64,000 nt of DNA, from NCBI GenBank assembly GCA_018060845.1, contig JAGOVG010000004.1:12118-76117 (forward strand). The letters run 5' to 3'. The notes beneath the pieces are model-generated. The model made no database searches and had not been told where the DNA came from. It worked only from the letters and a program-made list of their open reading frames with translations. This DNA comes from Candidatus Woesebacteria bacterium (GTDB lineage Bacteria; Patescibacteriota; Microgenomatia; UBA1400; UBA12108). Position numbers and translations under genes: made by a program. The number at the start of each line of letters is the position of its first letter. The first letter of the stretch is position 1. Below are positions 50,676 through 58,391 of this stretch, piece by piece.

Positions 50676-50680
50676 AAACT

Positions 50681-51046
50681 ATGATTAGAGATGTCACAAA
50701 TTTAGACGTCTACCAACTCTCATTTGAAGCGCTAGAAATTTTATATAAACTTGTGATCAAAATCCCGCATTCCGAGAGAGATACCATAGATCAATTGAAA
50801 CGTGCAAGCGAATCTGTGCCCGCAAATATTGCCGAAGGCTTTGCCAAAAGATCATCAGAAAAAGAATTTAAACGTTTTCTTAAAATAGCAATCGGATCTA
50901 GTGATGAGGTAGTGACTCACCTTAGAATGGTCTGCATTACAGTCCCAAATTTACAACCACAAGCAATACAAGTTGCAGACACTTTCACAGTCCTATCCAA
51001 AAGATTAAACAAATTGCATTCAGTCTGGCGAACAGGTAATTTCTAA
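50681..51046 (+). CDS. four-helix-bundle protein, 23S rRNA intervening-sequence protein family (PF05635/TIGR02436-like)
   Basis: …SVPANIAEGFAKRSSEKEFKRFLKIAIGSSDEVVTHLRM… is the family signature. One of three paralogs in the window. Confidence 0.75.
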   Translation: MIRDVTNLDVYQLSFEALEILYKLVIKIPHSERDTIDQLKRASESVPANIAEGFAKRSSEKEFKRFLKIAIGSSDEVVTHLRMVCITVPNLQPQAIQVADTFTVLSKRLNKLHSVWRTGNF

Positions 51047-51052
51047 GTCATT

Positions 51053-51081
51053 AGAGTTTTCCGAGTATTCCGAGTCTTCCG
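51053..51081. repeat. downstream flank of cassette 1: GAGTTTTCCGAGTATTCCGAGTCTTCCGA
   Basis: Reverse complement of the upstream GAAAACTC tandem units. Confidence 0.65.
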
Positions 51082-51084
51082 ACC

Positions 51085-51588
51085 TCACCCCGCCCCCCAT
51101 GCCTTATTTTCTGCACTCGACCCCTGCGTCGCCGCCTTAAGGCCAATATCTTCCTGTTTTTTCTTTTGAAACTCAAACTCTTTTTTCTGCTCCTCTTTCT
51201 TCTCTTCGACCTGCTTACGCTGTTGTTCTTTTTGCTCAAACTCCATCCGGGCGCGTTGCATGCCGTCCTCTACACTCGAGTCTAACCCCCACTCACGGAC
51301 TAGCTGCTTACGCAACATCTCGATCTCCATCTGGTCTTTTTGACCAGACAGACCACTGTATTTGGTAAAGTCGTCTTGAGTCTTGAACCCTGCCTTAGCG
51401 ATGTCTTGCATCGGGTCATCATTCTGCCGCGCCCCTACCGTAGCACCTTGTGCGGAGGGGGGGTTACCTTGCTCTAGCTGCACCCCGACGGCGTCTTTGA
51501 CTATCTCCACAGGCTCAGACACCACTGATTTAACTACATGCTTAGCGAGCCCTGCCAGGTTTTGTCCTACTTGTTTCCAAACACTCAT
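51085..51588 (-). CDS. hypothetical charged coiled-coil protein
   Basis: 167 aa with a Lys/Glu-rich C-terminal half. Confidence 0.4.
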   Translation of the reverse strand: MSVWKQVGQNLAGLAKHVVKSVVSEPVEIVKDAVGVQLEQGNPPSAQGATVGARQNDDPMQDIAKAGFKTQDDFTKYSGLSGQKDQMEIEMLRKQLVREWGLDSSVEDGMQRARMEFEQKEQQRKQVEEKKEEQKKEFEFQKKKQEDIGLKAATQGSSAENKAWGAG

Positions 51589-51600
51589 CGATACAGTATG

Positions 51601-52092
51601 TTATATTTTCAGAACCTCTGCAACAACGTCATTAATATTTCTAGTAGCATCCACTCTTTTTACTTCAAAACTCGGCTCTTCAAACATCTCATATATTTCC
51701 ATCGCAAATTCAGGAGTTAAGATGTGACCAGGTCGATCTACTCGTTGCTTTAAAGTTTCAGAGTCAGTAGTGAGGTAAACCCATCTCAGAGAAGGAATCA
51801 TCTTGTATAACTGCAACCTATATCTATCCAACATAAAGTCGTAGGACATTACAAATTTGTTGTGCTTCTCTGTCAAATATGAAACTCTCTCAAAAATTGC
51901 TTCGTGCTGTCTGTCTCTCAGTTCTGGAGTTAGTCCTTTATTATTGCGATTTAGTTCTATTACTTCTGGCAACAAGTCATCATCTGCTTCGTAATAATGG
52001 TACCCAAAATTCTGCATTAACTTAGCTACACTAGTCTTACCTACCCCTGGAGTACCGAATAATATTACCCAATCAGATTCTTGTTTACCCAT
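51601..52092 (-). CDS. P-loop kinase, gluconokinase/shikimate-kinase-like (AAA_33-type)
   Basis: Walker A LFGTPGVGKTS, followed by the EADDDL… pattern seen in GntK-family kinases. Confidence 0.5.
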   Translation of the reverse strand: MGKQESDWVILFGTPGVGKTSVAKLMQNFGYHYYEADDDLLPEVIELNRNNKGLTPELRDRQHEAIFERVSYLTEKHNKFVMSYDFMLDRYRLQLYKMIPSLRWVYLTTDSETLKQRVDRPGHILTPEFAMEIYEMFEEPSFEVKRVDATRNINDVVAEVLKI

Positions 52093-52312
52093 TTAGGTAT
52101 TGTTTGGCAACTATTAATAGTACAAGAATAATCAAAGAATACAATAGGGTTTTGGTAAGATCCTTAACCACATAATGGCTCGATAGATATCCAAATTCGT
52201 TGCGATCTTTTTCGATCTGTTTCTCTTTGATCTTAAGACTAAAGTTCTGCAGTCTGTATGCAGATTTAACTTTTTCTTCCCGTGTCTTTTGCCTACTCAT
52301 ATTATTCAACAC
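52085..52312 (-). CDS. small TM protein
   Basis: 75 aa with a C-terminal TM helix. Overlaps neighbours by a few nt (operon). Confidence 0.3.
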   Translation of the reverse strand: MLNNMSRQKTREEKVKSAYRLQNFSLKIKEKQIEKDRNEFGYLSSHYVVKDLTKTLLYSLIILVLLIVAKQYLNG

Positions 52313-52320
52313 ACCTTAAC

Positions 52321-52890
52321 TCAATTGGAATCTTTGTATTCTCCATTATTATTCATATCTTCTTCGATTAATCTTCTTAAGTAGACAGCTCTAGGTATCC
52401 TCCTATTTTTGGAAATCCAGTCTAGATAAGTACCAATATTTGGAGATATGAAGAAATTAAACCTCACATCCTGGGCAGAGGCAACATAGTCAAGTCCACT
52501 ACTTAATACAGACTCTAAATCAGAATTTTTATATGACAACAGTGTGAGGCGCTCATCAATTCTACCTTGGAGAAACAATGGCTCTCTATCTTCGTGATAT
52601 AAAGCTACGACTGGCTTACCTATATCGAGGGCATAGGTCAAGATATGTCCAACATTGGCCGTAGAGGGATATGATATCTCGATTACTACAAAATCTGCAC
52701 TTTTTACATTGTTTAGAACTTCTCTATACCACGCTTCACGTTTATTTGCCGTAACATCACCTTTGTCATCATTAAATAAACTACCACTAAAAACCTTATG
52801 GCCTGCCTTAATTAGTAATTCATTAATTTTGCTGTAATAAATTCCTAAGTCAGACTTTTGAGTATGTGATGCTATAAATACTACTTTCAT
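52321..52890 (-). CDS. nucleoside 2-deoxyribosyltransferase-like Rossmann-fold protein
   Basis: MKVVFIASH…ADFVVIEISYPSTANVGHILTYALDIGKPVVAL resembles the NDT fold, but with His where the catalytic Glu is expected. Confidence 0.4.
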   Translation of the reverse strand: MKVVFIASHTQKSDLGIYYSKINELLIKAGHKVFSGSLFNDDKGDVTANKREAWYREVLNNVKSADFVVIEISYPSTANVGHILTYALDIGKPVVALYHEDREPLFLQGRIDERLTLLSYKNSDLESVLSSGLDYVASAQDVRFNFFISPNIGTYLDWISKNRRIPRAVYLRRLIEEDMNNNGEYKDSN

Positions 52891-53405
52891 AAAGTTTTAC
52901 ACTCCTTATATTTACTGAACTTAGATATTATTCTATCATCATGCAACTCATCATTTACAAAATCATCATGCTGAACGCTTGGGAGCTCAAATAAACTCCA
53001 CACATACTCAAAAGCATTCTCATCTATAATATGATCTAGATTTTTTATGCGATCCATGACCCTATTATGTGCAAGGGTTTTTGGGGCATGTACTAACACA
53101 AACTTCACTTGATTATCAAATCTATGTAGAAAATCTATCCTATTCTTGTCCTTAGCAAATGCTTGAGCTACTACTAGGACTTCGTCGTTCTTTAGTTTTG
53201 TTAGTATGTTTTCAACAGTACTAGACAACTTCTCAAAAAATTTATCTCTCATGTCATCACTATAATTACCCGATCGTATAGAGCGTCGATATTCATCATC
53301 AAACAGCACATCAGCATCAAAGAAATGCATTGATAGTTTCGACTCTAATACACCACCTATGTACGTTTTACCAACACCAGGTGGTCCAAACAGAACTATT
53401 ATCAT
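52887..53405 (-). CDS. P-loop kinase, gluconokinase-like
   Basis: Walker A LFGPPGVGKTY, then FFDADVL…DD…R and LVVAQAF…R pattern similar to GntK/IdnK. Confidence 0.55.
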   Translation of the reverse strand: MIIVLFGPPGVGKTYIGGVLESKLSMHFFDADVLFDDEYRRSIRSGNYSDDMRDKFFEKLSSTVENILTKLKNDEVLVVAQAFAKDKNRIDFLHRFDNQVKFVLVHAPKTLAHNRVMDRIKNLDHIIDENAFEYVWSLFELPSVQHDDFVNDELHDDRIISKFSKYKECKTL

Positions 53406-53414
53406 AAGAAAATT

Positions 53415-54011
53415 TTACACTGCTCGTCTAGTGAGCAGTGCCTGGTGTAATGTAACTTCGTCGGCATATTCTATCTCAATTCCCGTCGGGAGTCCACGCC
53501 CAATACGCGTAATTGTCACATCGCATCCGTCCAAAGCTTGTTTTATATATAGCGCTGTTGCCTCCCCCTCCAAGCTAGTGTTGGTCGAAAGTATCACTTC
53601 TTTGATATCTCCCACCCGCACACGCTTGATCAACGTATCAATAAATAGCTCTTCAGGTCCGACATTGTTAAGAGGTGAAATAGAGCCATGGAGCACGTGG
53701 TATAGCCCTTTATAACTACCAGATTTCTCGAGGGCGATCACGTCCTGAAAAGATTCAACCACACACACCATAGTGGCATCACGACTCGGGTCGCCACACA
53801 CACTACACTGCTCCTGATCTGTTAGATTGTGGCAGATACTACACAACTTAGTCATTTTCTTGAGATTAGCTAGACCCTGAGCAAACATCTCTAGGTCACG
53901 CTGAGGCATGCGAAGGAGGTAAAATGCTAGACGTAGTGCACTCCGCCGGCCGATCCCAGGGAGTTTCTCAAAACTAGACGCTACATCCTCTACGATCTTA
54001 GGTAATTTCAT
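53415..54011 (-). CDS. recR: recombination protein RecR
   Basis: HhH N-terminus (LPGIGRRSALRLAF), C4 zinc finger (CSICHN…CSVC), and Toprim domain. Confidence 0.9.
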   Translation of the reverse strand: MKLPKIVEDVASSFEKLPGIGRRSALRLAFYLLRMPQRDLEMFAQGLANLKKMTKLCSICHNLTDQEQCSVCGDPSRDATMVCVVESFQDVIALEKSGSYKGLYHVLHGSISPLNNVGPEELFIDTLIKRVRVGDIKEVILSTNTSLEGEATALYIKQALDGCDVTITRIGRGLPTGIEIEYADEVTLHQALLTRRAV

Positions 54012-54080
54012 AAGACAATTATAGTTTAGCTGAACTATCGAGCGTAAGGGTGCAGGAGTATTTTGTAGTTAAAAAATTTA

Positions 54081-54110
54081 TCGCAAGGCGGGTAGCCTGA
54101 GATCGAGGTC
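54081..54110. repeat. 30-nt conserved intergenic motif TCGCAAGGCGGGTAGCCTGAGATCGAGGTC (copy A)
   Basis: About 22/30 identical to 55969..55998. Both lie in intergenic regions of the dnaX-ybaB-recR operon. Confidence 0.5.
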
Positions 54111-54176
54111 GCTGCGACACCTGTCGCAGACAGACCGCTTTTTTACACAAAGTACTCCGAACCCGTAAAGCGAGTA

Positions 54177-54491
54177 TTACTGCTGAGGTGCTCCCCCACC
54201 CATGCCACCTAGTAGCCCCTTAAGACCACCTGACATCTCCTGTAGCTTCTTAGCAGCAATCTGCTGAGACTTCTTGATTGCGTCGTTTAAGACCTTAACT
54301 AGTCGCTCTTCGTACTTGCCATCAATCGTCACTGTCTGTACTTTTTGATCAGCTGTCATCACTACTCGGATTCCATCTTCTTCAACCTCGATCACTTCGG
54401 CCTGTAGCTGCTTCTGCATCTGGATCGCTTGATCGCGGATCTGTTTTAACTGACTCACCTGACTACCCATTTGTTTAAATTTATCGAACAT
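54177..54491 (-). CDS. ybaB: nucleoid-associated protein YbaB/EbfC
   Basis: 104 aa. The …MQKQLQAEVIEVEEDGIRVVMTADQKV… family pattern and the dnaX-ybaB-recR context. Confidence 0.85.
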   Translation of the reverse strand: MFDKFKQMGSQVSQLKQIRDQAIQMQKQLQAEVIEVEEDGIRVVMTADQKVQTVTIDGKYEERLVKVLNDAIKKSQQIAAKKLQEMSGGLKGLLGGMGGGAPQQ

Positions 54492-54502
54492 ATATTCCTT
54501 TC

Positions 54503-55909
54503 TTAACTAAATATCGCTATTGCTTCGTCAATTGTATCACCCAGATCAACCGGCGGCACTCCTGCTTGCGGCTTTGCAGCCGCAGGATTAGATGCAACTT
54601 CGCAAACAACTCTAATTTTTCGCCCTACCACATCTGATAGGTGAGATTCGAGCTTAGACAGTACTTTTTCACCCATGATCTGATCACGATGAAAACCATA
54701 TGCCACGTGGATAGTGAGCTCGTCCCCTGCTAGCTGGGCTGGACTAGCTTTGGATAATAGCGCACCCATCGTAATGCTGTCGCCGTTTAGACTCGACATT
54801 AACTTCTGCCATACACTCTTGTGATCGCTAGTAGGTTCTACTTGGTTAACTACTTTTTCAGTATCTTTTTTTTCGGGTTTACGAGGTGACGAGTCGACAG
54901 GGTTAGCAGTAATACTCGAGCCCCACTCAATTATCACCATCTCCAGTAGTAACTCAGGTACAGGGCTAATCGCGATGCGACGCGCTACGTCATCTAGACT
55001 AAACACTAGCTTAACCAGTTCTTTACTACCACCTGCTATTATCCTGTTTCGCAGCTCTTTCATGAGCGCTACCGTCAGATATACTAGGTCAACCCCTCGC
55101 GAGACTGCTTGATGGAACTCTTCGAGTGCCAACTTACTATCTCTAGATACCATATGATCAGCGAGAGCAGCGACACTATATCCAGCTACCCCCATGATTG
55201 CCTGCTCTATATCAGATAGAGTTACATCACTCGAGTTGGCTAGTACTTTGTCCAAGATCTTGACCCCATCACGAAAAGAACCATCCACGCTACTCGCTAG
55301 GTAGGTTAACGCTTCATCGCTTACTTTCTTTTTTTCGCCAGTTATCACCCGACCAAAACTCCTCTTCATCTCCTCTGGGTTGGCCTTAGTAAAGCCTATG
55401 CTTACGCAGCGACTCTGGATGGTCTCGGGGACTTTGTGGGTCTCTGTCGTACAGAGGATGAAGATTGCGTGCTCTGGTGGCTCCTCTAGAGTCTTGAGGA
55501 GCGCATTAAATGCCTCAGTTGTTAACATGTGTACTTCGTCAATTATATAAACTTTGTACTTAAGCTCAGATGGGGCTAACCTAATCTTTTCTTTTAGCTC
55601 GCGAATGTCATCAATTCCTCGGTTAGAGGCGGCATCTATCTCAACAAAATCTAAGCTCCCACCGTTTAATATCCCGAGGCACGCGGAACATTCATTGCAT
55701 GGTTCACCTAGATTTTTTGAGTTCTTCTCACAGTTTACGATCCTCGCTAGTATCCGGGCAGAGCTCGTCTTGCCAGCACCTCGAGGGCCAGTAAAAAGAT
55801 ATGCATGAGAGACCAAATTGGATTGAATTAGCTTGTTAAATGCATCGCGTACACCAGTCAAATCGAGCTCGTCTACAGTTTTTGGGCGGTATTTAAGATA
55901 CAAACTCAT
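54503..55909 (-). CDS. dnaX: DNA polymerase III subunit gamma/tau
   Basis: YRPKT…HAYLFTGPRGAGKTS Walker A, a zinc module CxxC, and clamp-loader domain III. Confidence 0.9.
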   Translation of the reverse strand: MSLYLKYRPKTVDELDLTGVRDAFNKLIQSNLVSHAYLFTGPRGAGKTSSARILARIVNCEKNSKNLGEPCNECSACLGILNGGSLDFVEIDAASNRGIDDIRELKEKIRLAPSELKYKVYIIDEVHMLTTEAFNALLKTLEEPPEHAIFILCTTETHKVPETIQSRCVSIGFTKANPEEMKRSFGRVITGEKKKVSDEALTYLASSVDGSFRDGVKILDKVLANSSDVTLSDIEQAIMGVAGYSVAALADHMVSRDSKLALEEFHQAVSRGVDLVYLTVALMKELRNRIIAGGSKELVKLVFSLDDVARRIAISPVPELLLEMVIIEWGSSITANPVDSSPRKPEKKDTEKVVNQVEPTSDHKSVWQKLMSSLNGDSITMGALLSKASPAQLAGDELTIHVAYGFHRDQIMGEKVLSKLESHLSDVVGRKIRVVCEVASNPAAAKPQAGVPPVDLGDTIDEAIAIFS

Positions 55910-55968
55910 GTAACTACTTTATCACGACCGAGCGTAGTGTACAGTCGTATCTCACAACAAAAAAATAT

Positions 55969-55998
55969 TCGCAGAGCGGGTAGCTCGAGACATAGATC
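55969..55998. repeat. 30-nt conserved intergenic motif TCGCAGAGCGGGTAGCTCGAGACATAGATC (copy B)
   Basis: See 54081..54110. Followed at 56009..56031 by AAATTTATGAT, which is shared with the TTTGAGAATT repeat family. Confidence 0.5.
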
Positions 55999-56067
55999 AA
56001 AATTTCAGCAGAAATTTATGATCGGTTTTTTGTGTGATGGTACAACGAAACACTAAAAGCGAGCGCT

Positions 56068-56460
56068 CTATTCGTGATGAAAACCTAACAAATGCATCAG
56101 CCCATGCTCTGCCAAAAACTGGATCTGGTCATCTAGCTTGATCTGCTTCTCTAGTGCCTCCTCTACCGCCACCGGATAACACACCACTATATCGCCGAGT
56201 CGAAGCATCCCATCTGGTGATGCCACAAAAGGCCTATCATCGGTCTGATCGTTTAAAGGAAAAGAGAGGACGTCCGTAGGACCTGGCAGCTGCATATAAT
56301 CCATGTGCAACTGGGTCATCTTGCGTGCGCCGACCACCTGCACCTCAACCACCACATTATCCGTTAGTCTATGTCGGGCGAGTACTTTGGTTAAATGTGC
56401 GCGTAATGCGGCTCGGTCAAACGGAAATTTAGCATCAGCGATGATATCAATATTAATCAT
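56068..56460 (-). CDS. ybeY: endoribonuclease YbeY
   Basis: Metal-binding HGLMHLLGFHHE motif. The ORF-track TTG start at 56469 is probably an over-extension; ATG at 56460. Confidence 0.8.
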   Translation of the reverse strand: MINIDIIADAKFPFDRAALRAHLTKVLARHRLTDNVVVEVQVVGARKMTQLHMDYMQLPGPTDVLSFPLNDQTDDRPFVASPDGMLRLGDIVVCYPVAVEEALEKQIKLDDQIQFLAEHGLMHLLGFHHE

Positions 56461-56489
56461 AAATCTCAAATTCTCAAATTCTCAAATTT
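56461..56489. repeat. AAATCTCAAATTCTCAAATTCTCAAATTT: inverted copy of the TTTGAGAATT repeat, downstream flank of cassette 2
   Basis: Three tandem AAATTCTCA units. The last 8 codons and stop of the four-helix-bundle gene are encoded by this repeat. Confidence 0.7.
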
Positions 56490-56840
56490 AGAAGATCCAA
56501 ATTTAATTTTCTTAATAATGGCACTAAGTATTAATGTTATTTCTCTGACTTCCTTTCTCAGGTCTGAATTATCTATACCTAAGACCTCCTCAGATATTCT
56601 CAGCCAATAACTAGTTTCTTTAGCTTCCTTTTTTGCTATAGAAAATCTATGGATAAATTCAGCTTTAGATTCAGACCCGTCTGCTTCTTGAGCATTAGCG
56701 CCTATAGATGTAGCAGATCTAATTAGTTGTTTAGCAATAACACTAGCCTCGAGAGTTTTAGGAAATTTTCGAATATATAGTATTGTGTTTACTGCAAATT
56801 TATAGATTCTCTCGTATATATCACGCTTGCTCTGATCCAT
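56466..56840 (-). CDS. four-helix-bundle protein, 23S rRNA IVS protein family (divergent paralog)
   Basis: …QLIRSATSIGANAQEADGSESKAEFIHRFSIAKKEAKETSYWLRI… matches the TIGR02436-type signature. Confidence 0.75.
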   Translation of the reverse strand: MDQSKRDIYERIYKFAVNTILYIRKFPKTLEASVIAKQLIRSATSIGANAQEADGSESKAEFIHRFSIAKKEAKETSYWLRISEEVLGIDNSDLRKEVREITLILSAIIKKIKFGSSKFENLRI

Positions 56841-56850
56841 AATTTGTGAA

Positions 56851-56886
56851 GATTTGAGAATTTATGATTTAAGATTGAAGAATTTC
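56851..56886. repeat. GATTTGAGAATTTATGATTTAAGATTGAAGAATTTC: upstream flank of cassette 2
   Basis: Inverted with respect to 56461..56489. Near-identical to the solo copy at 28828..28861. Confidence 0.7.
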
Positions 56887-57306
56887 TTTTACTATCTTCG
56901 AGATCACTCCCCCATCCGCCTTACCTTGCATTAGTGGCAGCGCGATCTTCATGGCTGCACCAATATTACCGGCAGTTACTAGCTGGTCTTTTATCTTCGA
57001 TAGCTCTTCACGGACCTGATCTTCGGTAAGCATGGTTGGTAGATACTTGGCAATTAGCTCGAGCTCAAATTCTTCACCCTTTGCTAGCTCTTCTCTCCCA
57101 CCACTTCTGTATGCGAGCGCTGACTCTCGCCTCTTCTTGGCCTCTTTGGACAATATGGCTACAACCCCTACCTCATCGAGGTCTGGGTTGTCTACCATTG
57201 CGTACTTGATTGCAGAGATAAGCATACGGATAGCCGACAGTCGCACCGAATCCTGGGCTTTCATGCTAGCCTTCATGTCTTCGGTTAACTGCGACAGTAT
57301 CGTCAT
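56869..57306 (-). CDS. GatB/YqeY-domain protein
   Basis: 145 aa. The …RLSAIRMLISAIKYAMV… family pattern. Downstream of rpsU as commonly seen. Confidence 0.8.
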   Translation of the reverse strand: MTILSQLTEDMKASMKAQDSVRLSAIRMLISAIKYAMVDNPDLDEVGVVAILSKEAKKRRESALAYRSGGREELAKGEEFELELIAKYLPTMLTEDQVREELSKIKDQLVTAGNIGAAMKIALPLMQGKADGGVISKIVKEILQS

Positions 57307-57308
57307 TC

Positions 57309-57521
57309 TTATTTTTTCTTGGCCGCTGCGCGCTGCATGCGATCCACGTATTTTTTACGACGGATTTCGTTGTTACGTTCTTTGCGCTTCATTGCATCAG
57401 TCTTGTGAAACTCGCGGTCTCTGACTTCATCAATGATATTTTCGTTCAGAACTTTTTTCTTAAATCGTTTGATCAAAGAATCAGCTGATTCGTCTTTTTT
57501 TGCTTTTACTATGATTGGCAT
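57309..57521 (-). CDS. rpsU: 30S ribosomal protein S21
   Basis: MPIIVKAKKDESADSLIKRFKKKV…EIRRKKY is the S21 signature; 70 aa. Confidence 0.85.
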   Translation of the reverse strand: MPIIVKAKKDESADSLIKRFKKKVLNENIIDEVRDREFHKTDAMKRKERNNEIRRKKYVDRMQRAAAKKK

Positions 57522-57526
57522 AAAGA

Positions 57527-58372
57527 TTAAAACACCTCCTTAACGAGACTCACCACCTCTTGTAAAGCGAGGTTGGTAGGGTCTTTAGGACTCGATTTGT
57601 CTGACCCATTGAGTAGCATCTGTTTAGACGGATGCAAAAACCATTGGTCAGGTCGATCGTGCTCTAGTATTTTATCATAAAGTACCGTTAGATCGATGTT
57701 TTTCTCTGGTACTGCTTTAATTCGCATATGCCCGTAGTCTGGGTGTTTGAGGATGACCAAGGTAAAACCCTGTTTTTGGGCGATCTTTATCACTTCGCTA
57801 TTGGCAGATAGGATTGCAATTCCCTTCCCCACTGCCCAGCTAAATTCTTCGCCTGTTTTAATCTCCTCTTCCGCTTTAACTACCTGTTTAAGTCGCTGGT
57901 ACACCCCATCTAGATATAAGAAAACGTATCTTGCCACTGCCTCGTTATCGATGACGCCCAGTGAATGTAGAGGTGGGATAACCTCGTGTAAGGTGTAGGC
58001 GTAGCGGACCGCCAGTGGCTCATCCCAGCCTGAGTCTTCAAACCGGTCTATCGAGAGCGCAAATTCAGTCATTTGTCTCAGTGCGGTATCGCTAGGTGGT
58101 ACTAGTCCCTGCGCTACCAAATGTTCATACACTAGCTTTGAACCGCAGGTTGTATATCCACCTGGCATATGATGATCAAAGCGGCCAAAGCCAACGTCAA
58201 CATGCACCACATCAGGATCAGAGTCGACTGGGAGGTTTTTGTAGGTCGTACTCGCCGGGATAAACTCTAAGTGCGCATCACCATAATGGGACTGATCAAA
58301 ACGAATAAATAGCCACAGCGACGTAATCGCATCAAGATCTGGGTTTTTGTGGGTAACGAGAGTCTTTGTCAT
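57527..58372 (-). CDS. DHH-family phosphoesterase (NrnA-like)
   Basis: …HKNPDLDAITS… and …VDVGFGRFDHH… DHH motifs. Probable start at the MTKTLVTH Met (58372); the track extends it to 58453. Confidence 0.5.
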   Translation of the reverse strand: MTKTLVTHKNPDLDAITSLWLFIRFDQSHYGDAHLEFIPASTTYKNLPVDSDPDVVHVDVGFGRFDHHMPGGYTTCGSKLVYEHLVAQGLVPPSDTALRQMTEFALSIDRFEDSGWDEPLAVRYAYTLHEVIPPLHSLGVIDNEAVARYVFLYLDGVYQRLKQVVKAEEEIKTGEEFSWAVGKGIAILSANSEVIKIAQKQGFTLVILKHPDYGHMRIKAVPEKNIDLTVLYDKILEHDRPDQWFLHPSKQMLLNGSDKSSPKDPTNLALQEVVSLVKEVF

Positions 58373-58391
58373 AATAATATTGTAGCATTGA

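Noticed and set aside
51051-51239. Arg/Lys-rich 62-aa ORF
   Set aside because: Alternative frame of the Lys/Glu-rich coiled-coil gene 51085..51588. Its composition is a frame artefact.
54012-54176. SRP RNA (ffs) between ybaB and recR
   Set aside because: A GC hairpin and T-run are present, but I could not recognise the conserved domain IV GGAA/AGCAG features by eye on either strand. Left as something to test, not called.
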